Shown: positions 12,685 to 26,037, counted from the whole stretch's first letter. The stretch is DNA of 63,660 nt, filler included, from Choristocarpus tenellus KU-1152 (GCA_964200185.2; 7 parts of 7 records of this genome joined end to end with filler, not necessarily neighbours in it); one strand, 5' to 3'. Program-made: numbers and translations. The notes: generated from the letters alone by a model not told the origin.

Positions 12685-13892
12685 AATAGTATGATGTCTG
12701 CCTCATCCCCTTGTTTTGTTGTGTATCTGCAATAATGATGCAAAATCGCTCAGCACTGATTTGACGTTTCACATTCCTCTCTTAAAAAAAATCTTCCTTG
12801 ACTCAAACTCGCAGTGATCGCTTCTCAACCATGAGCGACCTTGCCAGTGACTATCACCATCAACATCGAGTCTTCAAGGACCCAAGGACGGGATTCTTCC
12901 CCAAGCCACCTAGGTTGGAATCTATTTTTTATTACAAGGGTGGTTTTACGGAAACATAGTACAAGATAGATAAGTGCTCTGGATGTTCCAAAGAGCCAAA
13001 GTAAGCAAGAGGTACCCTGGTTTTGGTCGTTTTGCATTTCAAGGCACTTTTTTCATCTCTTGTAATTCACCCTCATTTCTATGGATGAACTTACACAGTC
13101 GTCCTGAGAGCGTTCATTTCTCTATTGTTGAAAGTTTTGGACAAAATCCAGAAAATTCTCAGCATATGTTTGTACAAAATGCTGAAATTTACACGTGCCT
13201 GTCCACATCCTTTAAAGATACAAACCCTGGGTACCTCTTGTTTGCTTCTGACTCAAAACAGCTTAGCAATTGACCCTACATATGATGCTTGAAGTATGTG
13301 AGGGTACACGTTCTTGTTCCAAGTGAGTGCAGCTGACACGCCATTGACACCACCTGGGGTAGGATAGGTAATAACCACAGGTAGAGTCAGTAATGGATCT
13401 ATTGGTTGAATGCTGTGCTGTTGAGGAATCTGTTTTGTGTATCTGATGTATGATATCATACACCAGATGTGTTTGCGATCATTGATAGGTACTCTCTTCT
13501 GAATTCAATTGTCATAAAAAGTACAAATATCAATCGATATACTCCAAGTAATTCGTAATAGTAAGAGCACCGATGCAATGCGTAGGAAAGTGATGCGGGC
13601 TATGGTAATGCTCGACACTAGGGATATTGCTTGTGTGTCTTGCCCACTCCCCCGTGGTCATGCTTAGTCAGAGGAATCGAAAATCAACAGACCTTCACTG
13701 CAAACAATTTATCCTTGTTCACATCAATCTGTATAATCTTTTGTGCCATGACAACATTATTACTGTGGTTCGAAGAGGAAGCATTGAACTCACGGTTACA
13801 TGCCTATGAAATCTTTGCCTATGGAATCTTTGCCTATGGAGTGTTTGTTATGTGTATCCTACATGTGACTACAAATTGTATAGTGAGTATTC

Positions 13893-14146
13893 GAGAGAAA
13901 GTATCTTAGAGGGTACGAATTTTGGTCTGCCCGTTTGGGGCTTGGCATTCCACGGGTATTTGATGACATTTTCCTACTCCGATATGTTTTGCAAATAGGT
14001 AAAATGTATACGTTATGAAAGGGTGTGTTCGGAACAGGTGTATTGACACTTCCTAACAAACACGATAGTCAAAATTACATCAAAATTGGAATATTAAATT
14101 TTGGGTTCAAATGGACGCGACTCTACCCTCTAAGATACTTTGACTC
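13893..14146. mobile_element. MITE family B copy
   Basis: Both TIRs present; TSD ttc/ttc. Confidence 0.9.
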
Positions 14147-15471
14147 TTCCTCTACACTCAACAGCAGCAACTGAAAAAGGTTCAGCAACGGTGACATTGC
14201 TCCTGCATATCACAACATTTTGACCCCCAACACATAGAGGCAAAGAGTGCAAGGGACACACCACAATGTATGCCTCCCTGCGAACATTCAGATACCCACC
14301 ATCGATTTCCTCCACTTCTACTTGGACAAGCTGGGGGAACGTAAGCTCAATTTCCAGCTCTTTGCATTCTCTAGAAAAAAAAATGTACTTGAGCGGCCTG
14401 AGGTGCATCAGACTACAACTTCTTCGAAACCTTTCCCTCATCCCGCTGAGGTACCTAACAGGTGTTTATTGTCCTCCTCTCTATAACAATGGCATCGAAC
14501 CAGTATCCAGCACGAACTTCCCCAGGGTAGTAGGGAGTATTTGAATGAATAGCTCTTTATGCACTCATAACAATTTATTTTCACGTATCATCTTAGAACA
14601 AAAACTGAAAAATATTCCCAATAGTTGTTCATTAATGTCATGCAGGAGATACCTGTGTGAAACTGTCCATTCAAGGCAACGACCATATACCATCTATAAT
14701 TTCGCAGCAACCACAACCATTTGTCAGCCCTTCTTTGCCCACAGTAGAATCTGTGACTCACGTGGGGTTATGTACGGCAGGCCTGTCAAGAATAAAATGT
14801 CCCCAAAATGTGGTTGTACCAAAAGTACAAGTATGCCCAAACGGAGTAGAAACACGACCCTTCTTGATATACAAAGGAGATGCATGAATGACCATCATCA
14901 AATGTTTGTTGTTGCACTGAGTGGACAGAGGTAGAATAAGTAAGAACAAGGTCATCCATGCAAAGTGACCTATTTAGTCTCCGGTGCTTGAGCTTGACAT
15001 GTTTGTTAGACAGATGTCTTCCCGAGTGCTTCCCTCCCAGTGTGCTCTGTTCCTGGGAATCGTGGACCTGGTATTGTTGGTGCTGGTGAGGTGTATATGT
15101 CGCAGGTGGGAGATATTTTCGCCGTGATTTCATGGATCTTCTTGTGGTTTGTCGCGATTTATTCTCTTCTTCCGTTGTCATTATTCAAATTTATTCAGAA
15201 CATTGGTTATCTGCCTCTACCAATCTGACTGCAATAAAAATAGAAAAAACAAGCTAAAGACCAATATTCCCACATGTAGTGTGCACATATATGGCATATT
15301 AAAATGTGGAGCAAACCATAGTAAGTTGGCATTCTATTCTAAGTGCAGTCCTTTGGTTGGCAGGGACTTGGCATGGACAAGGAGAGGGGTCAAGTAGTCA
15401 TTGCCATTTTATTTGATGCTGTGATGAAGCAGGGCTTAGCGAGTTGCAACCATTGGAAGTTCCTATGGGAA

Positions 15472-15726
15472 GAGTAAAAATATCTTAGAGTGGTACGAGT
15501 TTTGCCTTGTTTGTCCGTTTGGAGATTGGCTTCCCACGGGTTTTTTATGGCATTTTCCTACTCCGAAATGTTTCGAAGTCAAAACGTTATTATGAAAAGG
15601 TGTATCCGGAACAAGGATATTGACACTTCTTAGCAAACCTGATGATGGCCAAAATTACAAAAAAATCGCAACATTGGATTTTGGTCCCAAACAGATGCGG
15701 CTCTATCCTCTAAGATACTTTGAGTC
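15472..15726. mobile_element. MITE family B copy
   Basis: Both TIRs present; TSD ggaa/ggaa. Confidence 0.9.
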
Positions 15727-17049
15727 GGAAATTTCCATAAGGAAGCTGATAATCACACCCACCTTTAACTTATTGTAATTCAATCTTGCTTCCATGGACG
15801 AAGTGTTGAGATTTGCTTGAGAACGTTGATTTCTCCATTGTTTTCAAGAAAGAAATCAGATACGTTACTATACGCATTTCTACAAAAAGAAGAATTTTCC
15901 ACATAAAGTCAGCATCTTTTTTATATGCAACCCTGAGTACCTCTCCTTTACTCTGCATCTTGTTGTATTGTGTGTTCGTTCCCTTCTGGAGTATGTCTTG
16001 TTCGCCGCATTATTGCACCACCTACAAAATGCCAGTTGGAGATAAAATTATCACAACTTGGACAACGTATCATTGGTACAACAAAACTTGATGTTTTAGT
16101 TCTATACTCAACAAATCATATTCCAGGCAGCGTACAATACAAAGAACAATAAAAAAAACAGTAGTCAAATCCAATATCAGATAATAGATAATACAATTAG
16201 CAGCAGTATTTGAAATAGTTGTAGCCAATATCGCCCAACACACTAGAGGGAACCTTCCATCTTTGTCAATTGGATGCCTCGGACCTGCAACCTGCTCCAT
16301 CACCTGACTTTTTGTTCGCATTGCCAAAGAGTGCAACTCTTGATTAAGCACCTCCTCTCTTCTATTGTACGGTCTTGTCAGTCAGGGTTTTGAAGAACAT
16401 TCCAGAACAGACCAAACAACCCTCCAGAAAACAAGAGGATCATGCTACTTGACTATTCTTTGTAATACTACATACTACAGGAGGTTGCAGCTATTCGTAA
16501 GGTATCAAAATATGATGGACCTGTTGCATACCTGAAACAAGAGTTTGCTGCTATGTTTTGTCACACTTCTTGCACCAGTCAGAGAAAGACCTTCAAATGA
16601 TATTAGCCTTGCTTTCTACTATTCTTATTCTTGATAAGTGTTCTATTTCAACATCTAAAAAAAATTCCGCACTTCCTGTAAACACACTCCTACCTTCAAC
16701 ACTCTAGTGTCCTCACTCATCTTTTATCACCATGGCAGTGTTTATCTACCGATGTCTAACTCATGACAATAGGAAGTGACGGTAAAGCAACCATGGAATG
16801 CACAACAATTATAGTTCTATCTCCATCAACACTCCCCAGACAGATGACGATACCCACGGCAAAACATACCAGACCGCAAGTTTGGAGAGCACATGACTGC
16901 CGCAAAGTCCCGCCCCAAAGCCCAATACTTCAATTACGCCACAGGAGCCTACAGCTGATCATGTGGCTATATATATTTCTTGTTGACAATGGTCATCAGC
17001 TACAGAGAGAGACAAGAAATTTAGGGGTCAGCACATGGACAACAAACAC

Positions 17050-18400
17050 AATATAATATATTCTAGGCCTTTCCATAAAAAAGTGTAAATCAGCGCTCTA
17101 AGGGCAACATCGTGCCACATGCCAATGACTCGAAACATACTTCTCCAAGCACACCTTCCGTCTCCCAATAACATCCCCACCCACCCGTCTTGTTGCTACT
17201 ACCCTAAAAAGCACCAAAAAAGGGCACGGCCAATTCCGATTGAATTAGCCTTACTAGCAATATCCACACACCAGAGACAGATGCGGCAACGTGTCATGCA
17301 ACTCAAAACCGAACTCTCCCACAACAGCACTTTTGAGAAGCCTGGACTGAATCTACATCGACAAGTGCTTAGTCCTACTCCTCGGACCATCACCCTTACC
17401 TAAGGGTTAACGACCACTGGGTAACAAGGTGCCAACCACCCTACCCTCTCTGAACGGTGATCAGATGGGAACTTCTTCCTACTCCTTGTGATTGTCAATA
17501 CAGGTGAGTTGCCTGCCTCTTCAGTTCCATCGTCCACTGTATTGACTATGTGTACCTGTAAACGAGGCCTTAGTGTAGTGAACACTAATCACCCTCCTTG
17601 GCTTAGAAGAAGGCCCTTTACTTTTCTTTCACCTCCACCATGCGTTAGACTGAACATACCGTCTACAAAAGACAATCGCAGGGTAAGATACATCACACCT
17701 ATCCTACCCTGCACCCAGCTTCAAACCAACCATTGTGCCATTCCACAGCCTCTGCCACGACTATTTTTTCAGTCAGCTCAACCCCCACGAACTACTACTT
17801 CTTTGATCCTTAACAAGTATTACAAAGGTGACAGCCAAGAATCTGTTTTTATTCTCATGTCACAATCCAAATTACCCACAAAAACACTTCTCACAAAAAT
17901 TAAAGGCACACAAAATCTTCCACCGACCACTGATGGTATGCTACCCATTAATCTCATCTGCTGCCCTGACAAATCCAGCACAGAGAACAATTTGTTGATC
18001 TCACTTGATCCTTTCAACTCCTTGCACATGGAACTAAATTTCGAAGGCCAGGGGCACAGAGAACTGACACCCTGTACCACAGTCAACCCTTCACAAGTAA
18101 GGAAACTTGGACAACTCCGGAAGTCCCCTTCCAGAGCGCAATAGTGGCCTGTCTTCTGAGCCATCCAGAGTCTCCACAGCTGGCTTGTGAATCCTTTCCC
18201 GTGCTTCCGTTTCAACAACCATCTACACTCAACCACACCACTTTCCAATGGGGGATCATCTTCCTCCACCTATATTTCAACAGACTGTGTTGCCTTTGTC
18301 ACAAACGCATAGCCCTTGTCCTGCTCCCACCAAATGTTGTTGATAGCATCCCCCCTATTCCAAAATCCTGGGACAGCTCTCCTCCAGTCTAGTGAAATGC
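17050..18400 (-). mobile_element. Degenerate non-LTR retrotransposon fragment
   Basis: Broken reading frames (MRLMGSIPSVVGGRFCVP; VVATRRVGGDVIGRRK) whose 3' part resembles the family D LINE-end peptides. Confidence 0.35.
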
Positions 18401-18516
18401 GCAGTACATTGATCTCACAACTCTGGGTCTCCCCCCCCTCCCAACTCCCACTCTCACTTCAATCCCACGATCAAAACTCATCTACAGACCCACTCTTACA
18501 ACCCTGTTCTTCCTAA

Positions 18517-21420
18517 CTATTCCTTTCTGTCTTCCTTGTGTAAGTTGTCCCCTCCTCTCTCCGCCTCCTCTTCCAGCTCCCCTTGATCATCCTCATGTCG
18601 TCCGTCTGTCTCATCTTGGTCATCAATGCCACCATTTCCCACATCATCAGTATTTGTTGAATCACTAGATTCCTTGTTGTTGCTCATTCCTGCGAGGATA
18701 CTGCTCCAGAGTAGATCGACACTATTCACCTGATTTCAAACATTTCGTGTTGTAATGCAACATACAGAATCATTTTGAATCAATTCAAATAAAGTCAGAA
18801 CTTTCTTAGATATCAAAATAAGAATAACAGTGAGCCATCCCGTCTTAGAAGGGGGCGTCATTGAGGAATTGTGCCCCCTTCTATTGTCCTTAATTCATGT
18901 TTCTCCATCAATCTGGAGGGCTACATTGTCCCGATGTGGGTAAACATTCATCTTCACTTGTAGTAGACTGAAAACCTTCCAAGCGGGTCCTAACAAACAT
19001 GATATGATAGCCAAAATTACATCAAAATCAAAACATTATATTTCGACCCCCAAATGGACGCAGCTCTACCCTCTAAGATACTTTGGCTCTAACCCTAAAT
19101 CTCCAAATATTTTTTCAAAAAACAATAAAATTGCATCGGCACACCCCACCAATTAAATACTTCACCACTTGGAGATCACAGAAAATAACATTTTCAAAAA
19201 TATAAAATAATAATTAAAAAGATACGGTCAATCAAAGAAATAACATAAATATTCTTTGTGACGCATGTATTGAGAGCCTTGCCACACTGAGAAATCAAAG
19301 TTACTCAACAAAGGGGTCTACCTCTGCATGGCATTCAGGTGTACTGGGTCATCCCATCACCAAGGTCGTCGTTTTTCTAGCTTCAAGGAACAAGAAGCCT
19401 ATGACTACCACGTGATACATGCGTTGAGGGCGCTGTTGGCTAGCAATGTCTTCACAGCTAATCTTCTCTTCGTGGCATTTCAGGCATGGGCATGGCGTAC
19501 ACTGCAAGCTTCAAACACGCCGCTGAAAACCGCAAAAGTGTAAAAAATCACCCCCCATCTTTAAAAGGTCACACTCATTGCCTACTCCACATCAATCAAC
19601 AGTAATAGAAATGACAGCAATCGACACGATAAAAAAATAAAGTATACTTTCAAGTGATTTGAAACAGAACTCTTGGGACCATGTCATCACTCAAACTTAC
19701 TACAAGCTTGGAGGGGTTCCAACATGGAGGTGGCTGGAGGGTGGGGATGGTTTGGTAAGAGGAAAGTCATTCATGCCTTTTATGCAATGTAATAATGCCC
19801 TGTTTGAAGTAAGTTATTTCACTACTAGGTAGAAATCCCTACAATCGATCCTTGATAAACAAAAATTGTAACACATAAAGTGCAAAAAACGTATTTTGCT
19901 CTACTTCAACAATATTTTTCCTCACAACTGTATAGCTCTGTAGCTCTACAAATTTGCTCTATAGCTCTTGAGTTGGTAATCCAACCATAGCTAACCCTAA
20001 CTGCCACCAAGTCATCGAAAGAGTTAAGCGGCACAAGGCAGTTGGTGCAATCAAGTTGGTAGCAGTGCAGAATCAAAGAGAAAAAGTTGATTTTTTTGCA
20101 GTGACAAAAATAAGATCCTGTACCTTTCACCGGGCATGGACTACTACTATCGACTGCAGTAGTGTACATCAAAAACCCACATTACTTTATATCAATAACA
20201 GCGCAATTAACCTCTCTCTAACACACCCAGTGGATACAATATATAAATACATACATATATATATACATATATACATACCCAAAGGACACGATGTCGTGCT
20301 GGAACAAAGCCGTATGTAACAACATGTGCCAGGGGCCAGAACTTCCACCCTGTTGTGACCACAGGCTTGATGGATCGCTTCCATTGTGAGCAAACCTCTT
20401 CTACAGAATCTCCTCTCAGCAAGCCCACCTTGAACACATATCATGAGGAACACATGTCATTACCAACCCAAAGAAGTTCACTACTTCTTTTTTCAGGTAA
20501 GAAGGGGATACGGGTTGGAGAGAGGTTGGGTGAATATACAGTGCCTGTGGTGAACAAACAAAGAAATCAGAAAAAACCTACTTCAGCACCTCTTGATCTT
20601 CACACAATACAAACCACAACCACCAAATCAAAAATGCCGCCCAACACACTACAAAATCAAAACCTAACCCTAACAATGTCAGCGTGGTACAGGACAGTTC
20701 AAACAACATTCTGAACTCCCCCCTCCCCGGTTCCCTCAACAGTAGCATCAGTGACAGCACTTAGGACTTGGCTACAGTGCACCAACACAAGGAATGAGGT
20801 GTTAGTAGATCAAGCACATCCTCCAATCACAAATCTGAACCTTAAATTCATGCGATTGAGTTGCCAGTACTACTCTTAAACAGATGGTCTAAATTCATGT
20901 GTCTACTCAATGAAAACTCTACAAAAAGGATCGACCAATCATAGCACTCAATCACTTAAAACGAAAAACAAACAAACTTGTGGGGTGTCTGTTGGTAGAA
21001 GGAATTTCAGGCGATGTTTAACGTTGTTTAAAACTTAGGGTTAGGGTTAGTACTTTAATGTAATACATAAATATGTATGGTATGTTTTGCACTTCATTTA
21101 CCGTCTCATTGTGGACACTGTATCACCCTGCCCGATCAAATAAACCTAACCCCAACCCTAAAATATTCAATTCCTGGCCTTACAAGTACATCCTTAACCC
21201 TAACCCTAACCCTTGCACCTACACACCCTAATCCTATGCACGCAGCAAACCAACCCTAACCCTAACCCTAAAGGGTCGAGGGGAAGCATATTACCAGGGC
21301 AATGTACATGGAACACTTAGTGACAAAGTAGAGAGTCTGGTCCATCACAATCTTGAGGGGCCGGTTGGTGGCCACATTCATGGGGAGGACCAGGTCTGAG
21401 AATTCGTAGTAGTAGTGAAC
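18517..21420 (-). CDS. Mpv17/PMP22 family membrane protein, last three exons (5' partial)
   Basis: Exons 21420-21295, 20428-20279 and 18729-18517, all GT-AG and phase 0: VHYYYEFSD...KIVMDQTLY...IAL|VGLLRGDS...GWKFWPLAHVVTYGFVPARHRVLW|VNSVDLLWSSILA, carrying the Mpv17 hallmark motifs. Confidence 0.9.
18989..19089. mobile_element. MITE family B fragment in an Mpv17 intron
   Basis: Ends with CTCTACCCTCTAAGATACTTTGGCTC. Confidence 0.8.
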
Positions 21421-21488
21421 CTTAATGAATGAATAGTTCATACACGACAAAAAAAGTCAAAGGGTTAGGGTTAGGGTTAGGGTTAGGT
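21035..21488. repeat. Interstitial telomere-type (TTAGGG/CCCTAA)n tracts in Mpv17 introns
   Basis: TTAGGG tracts at 21035-21050 and 21461-21487; CCCTAA tracts at about 21145-21161, 21194-21212 and 21252-21271. Confidence 0.9.
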
Positions 21489-21544
21489 GATTTTTGGCCA
21501 TTGTAGAAACTAAGAAGAGAGGGGAGGGGAGGGGAGGGGGTGGG

Positions 21545-21644
21545 NNNNNNNNNNNNNNNNNNNNNNNNNNNNNNNNNNNNNNNNNNNNTTAATTAATTAA
21601 NNNNNNNNNNNNNNNNNNNNNNNNNNNNNNNNNNNNNNNNNNNN
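21545..21644. other. Artificial contig spacer
   Basis: N44-TTAATTAATTAA-N44; the next contig begins inside a family A TIR (21645-21666). Confidence 0.98.
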
Positions 21645-22199
21645 CCCCCCCCAGATACTTTGACCCAAACCACTGCGCCTTGAAGACAACCAACATACAT
21701 ACAAGAATGCAGTCACTTTGACTAGTTTTGTACTTTTTGTCCTCAATTCCACAACCTTCCCAATCTTCTTTTTTTCTTTGCCTGTTACCATGGCCTATTG
21801 TTTTTCTAGAGGTGCAAGTTTCTAACTACTTCACAAAAATCACCATTCACAACAAGGGTTGTCCTCTTTATACCCAAATTCAGTTTACATACAGATATAC
21901 GGAGTATATGTAGACTCTCTGTGCCCTTTGGTTACCTGTGATTGCGTAAATATGATCCCTGTTGTTTGATATTGTGACAATGTTGTGCTTGGCAGATTAC
22001 TAAGGACAGTTGTTAAGAATATGCTTTTTATTCATGTGTAAAATTTGATTCTGTGGGAAGTATTGTTGGACAATGAAAATATTTTCTGCGGGTTATTATA
22101 GTATAACCGATAGTATGTCTTTGTTAGGTGACACCAAAAATATTGTCCGCAGGTTATTTTAGTACAACGGACTGAATGACGGGTTATTAGAATATGTGA

Positions 22200-22600
22200 A
22201 TCGTAAGGTGATGACCCCCTTTGAGCATTAAAGCTCACTCTCTCTCCTTTTTCTCCACAGACATAACAAGAACCTGTATAAGATCGGGACGAAACAACGG
22301 TGGGACAAGATTGAAAGTGTGGTCCTCCACACTGCCAGCACTCCACACGTCTTAGCTGCCGATCCCTCCGAAAACCGACAGTTCCATTACTCGATCGGGT
22401 GTTGGCCCTTTCGGTGATACCACTTCTCCTAAAGTGGTTCCTTAAAGCTTGATAGGCTTCCGAAGAACTATCATGGTTGCATGCCACCTTTTCAGCAAAC
22501 CCATCCAAAGCCATCGCCATACTTGCCTTGTCTATTTCTCGTTCTGACCATCTTGACGCGTCAAAGTAAGCACTGCTGACTCTGATGTGATCATCAGATA
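22200..22600 (-). mobile_element. Ty1/Copia gag relic with zinc knuckles
   Basis: HDSSSEAYQALRNHFRRSGITERA plus CWQCGGPHFQSC and CYVCGEKG; internally deleted; same family as 3740-3990. Confidence 0.65.
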
Positions 22601-22636
22601 ACAGCGTATTTATTCCTCCCCCAGATACTTTGACCC

Positions 22637-22875
22637 AGATGGTGAAGGTCATCAAGAAACAGTATGAGGAGTATGATGAAACCACACTTGAGAGGGCTTG
22701 GCTGCTCCTTTTTGTGGTGTACAATCAAGTACTTAGATACAAAGGGGGGAATGACTTCAGTGTGGAGCACGCAGGGGTAAGGAAGAGGCAGTTGTCTGGT
22801 GAGCTGAAAAACACGCTGAAGGTAGACATGGAGTCATTTTCTGTGGCTAATAAAATGGTGATGGATGAGGAGTAA
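22637..22875 (+). mobile_element. Tc1/mariner transposase C-terminal fragment
   Basis: TLERAWLLLFVVYNQVLRYKGGNDFSVEH resembles the GGN-x-Y/F-x-x-P-H tail of mariner-like transposases; preceded by a family A TIR remnant (22615-22636). Confidence 0.6.
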
Positions 22876-23381
22876 TAATAGTAAAAAAGAGCTAAGCCTA
22901 ACCAGAAATTCGTCAAGGATTCCAAATCTTCTTTCAGAAATGAATTTCATGAACATTTTCAAACGTTATGGACAACGCAGAACAGACTTACGGCACGGAG
23001 GTAGTATGATATTTTTTCCTTCATGAGCTAACATCGGTTGTTTTCCTGCACGTCCCTCCTCACAACAATATCTCCAGTCAGATGGACAAAGAATGTGGGT
23101 GTGCAACCTCCAAAAAGGGGAACTAACACCAATGTCAGAGATGAAAGCTGAGCCACATACTCATTCCTGTGAAAGTGCAAGTGAGTGCATAGTAGATCAT
23201 CTTGCTTAGTTAACAAGCAGAACACCTGGTCCTCCGTCACTACTATTCGACTTAGACATGCCACCCTGGAATTTGAGGGCAGTAAGGTTTCCTCACCTAA
23301 AGAAGAGGAGAGATGACTGCAGAGAACCCATAGACTAACTAGCACAAGACCATACTGTTGAATAGGAATGTTTGGAAGGGT

Positions 23382-23640
23382 GAGTGAAAGTATCTTATCG
23401 GGTACGAGTTTTTCCCCGTTTGTCCGTTTCGGGCTTGGCTTCCCACGGGTTCTTTTATGACATTTTCCTAATCCGAAATGTTTCGAAGTAGGTCAAATGT
23501 GTATGTTATCAAAAGGTGTGTCTGGGACAAGGATATTAACACTTCCTAACAAACACGATAGCCAAAATTACATCAAAATTGGAATATTGCATTTTTGCAC
23601 CTGAACGGACGCAGGTCTACCTTCTAAGATACCTTGACTC
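23382..23640. mobile_element. MITE family B copy
   Basis: Both TIRs present; TSD ggt/ggt. Confidence 0.9.
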
Positions 23641-24224
23641 GGTACTTGGCACAAGTATTTTGCGAAAGCTCTGGTATCCTCTGAACTGTTGATATATTAT
23701 TATCAGGAGGCGGTTGGTGTTAGTTTTCATTGAAACCATTGTTCAGAATATTTTTCGTAGTGTATATCCACTCCACTGAACTTTACTATACTTGCGTCCT
23801 ATATTATCCATCTACAATTGGATTGCCCAGTGTTCTTTTTTTGGAGGCCTGCAGCACTTACTGGATGCGAATACTGTTGTTGGGGGTCCTCATCTCAACG
23901 GTGGATTGCCTCTTCTGAAGACGATTGACCACAAAGGAGGAACGGCATGGTGGTAGATGAGGAAAATTAGGTGGATGACTTTCCCGATATTTTTTGTGCA
24001 CATCTTAGGTACAAGATAGTAAGCTAAAGTTGGAAACTTCATTCAGATGATAGATACTATTCTTATTTTATTATGCCCTCAAACATTTTGCAGATGTGTC
24101 AGGGGAAAAATCAAGGGAAAATTATTCACATATCCGAAAAATCCCTAGGAAAGTAAATTTTGTTACAAATGTGAAAAACATTTATCTGTTTACTATGTTA
24201 CTACTAGCTATGCTGTACCACCAC

Positions 24225-24575
24225 CTTCCTGTGCCTCCAATCTACCTATTCCTGCACCCCACGGTGAGGAACTAGGGAAGCATCCCAAGAATCCAACAAA
24301 CCCCTCCTTGCCCATCTCCCTGGTGACTCCAGCTTAAAATGCATGACACTTCTAGACAGTGCCACCTGCGTTCTTACCGAGACTATTTGACGTAGGCAGG
24401 ATTTGAGATTTGACCGCCCCTTTCCTGCTGTAGCCTCCAGTTCCTCTCTCCCATACCGCGTGTGTAGCCAGCTCATCCAGGAACTGTTCCACTTGCTTGT
24501 CGAGGCGCCCAAAACTTTCCACTGCGAAGGTGTTGAGGTTATAACTACGAGGATCAAAAGAGCCCTCGTAGTGGT
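24225..24575 (-). mobile_element. 5'-truncated LINE 3' end (family D)
   Basis: Encodes KSCLRQIVSVRTQVALSRSVMHFKL; homologous to copies at 47268, 47835, 48230 and 48820. Confidence 0.6.
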
Positions 24576-25079
24576 GTGACTATTTAATTGTATGATTTGC
24601 TCTACTAAGGTGCAATTTTATGATATTTTCTGTCGAAGTTATTCTATACTCTGCTAATGTTTCAGTAAAGTGATTATACAAAGCATAAACGCAACATACA
24701 TCACAGACTCATGTCCTCGGTAGATCAAATAGTAGTAGCATGCAACAACATACACACGCAGAATGTTGAGTTAGATGGAATGAGGAAGCTGTCAAATGAC
24801 TCAGTATAATATGAGGGTGGGGATGTCGAATGACCTAGTGTTATCCTACGTTTTATGTGCTGATACAAGAATATAACATAGTTTCATGTACGTTTATCTT
24901 TAGTTCGGTACAATACAAAATTGTAACGTACATAGCGGTATGATGGGTCATACGTCAGAGATAATTGATGGCTAAGACAAAGGTCCAGTGGATAAGTAGT
25001 ATTCAGTGTATGTTCACCATGTAACTCAACCAACGGCTTTGGGCGATGAGTCTTACACGCGATAAGCTATTCAACTCGT

Positions 25080-25312
25080 GGGAAGATCACTTCACCCTGG
25101 ATGTCCCAGATTGCGTAGTTGTCCAACAGCTTGGTCTTGTAGAACTAAGGCTGGAACCCCTTCTTGTAGGCCCTTGAGTTCGAACTCCACCATCATGAAG
25201 TCCAACAACCCGAACTAAAGGGTCTACAAGAAGGGGTTCCAGCTGGAGTTCTGCAAGAGTAAGCTGTTGGACAACTACGCGATCTAGGACATCCAGGTGG
25301 GGTGATCTTCCC
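25080..25312 (+). ncRNA. Long foldback, candidate pre-miRNA / hairpin RNA
   Basis: Arms 25080-25182 and 25211-25312 with a 28-nt loop; hand alignment gives 7 G:U pairs, 5 mismatches (only one A:C) and one bulge on the + strand. Confidence 0.55.
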
Positions 25313-25381
25313 GTTGGCCAAGAGTGGGGTGGGCAAAGACGGGAAGTCTGTCTACAACAAGGGGGACTTGGAGGCCTTGCT

Positions 25382-25481
25382 NNNNNNNNNNNNNNNNNNN
25401 NNNNNNNNNNNNNNNNNNNNNNNNNTTAATTAATTAANNNNNNNNNNNNNNNNNNNNNNNNNNNNNNNNNNNNNNNNNNNN
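25382..25481. other. Artificial contig spacer
   Basis: N44-TTAATTAATTAA-N44. Confidence 0.98.
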
Positions 25482-26037
25482 ACGATGGGGCAAAGAGAAG
25501 GGGGGGGGGGAAGTGGAGGATGATGAGGGATGGGAAAGGGGGGGAAATGTGTCAATAAGGGAGTTGGATAATCTGGGAATATTATGACAGTTTAATGAGA
25601 TGGATGGTTACAGGGGGAAAGTAAGGCATGGAAGACATTCAGAGGAAATTTCACAGTGCAATTTGCAGTTTCACAGCAGCGTGGAGAGGTGTCGGGGGAG
25701 GAAGTGGGGGTGGGCGGTAACGACTTCAAGGACAGCAATGGTGGAGGGAAGTTTGAATGGACAGCAGGTGCAAGAAAAATAAATACAACTAGTACTGTAG
25801 TTGCTGACCAAAGGTAGTGGGACCGGATAGGCATGTGGCAGGTACACTACTTGAGAGGGAAGAGGAGATAGGTGTGGGGGTAAAGGGAGGGAAAGGGGGG
25901 GAGGGCAGGTGAGGGAAGTAGGCAGAGAATGGAATAAGCCAACAAGAGGGCATGCACCATAATCGCGAAATAGGACGAAGGAAAAAGCTTGCGCATGGTT
26001 GGATGCGTTCCATGTGGTGACAAAAGCCTGTTCTTAC

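Noticed and set aside
14147-15471. Possible autonomous or composite transposon between two MITE B copies
   Set aside because: Each MITE has its own TSD, and the intervening frames are stop-ridden with no recognisable transposase motif
20711-20772. Possible additional Mpv17 exon (QVLSAVTDATVEG...stop)
   Set aside because: The flanking exons already join in frame across a conserved motif; this segment is out of phase and ends in a stop
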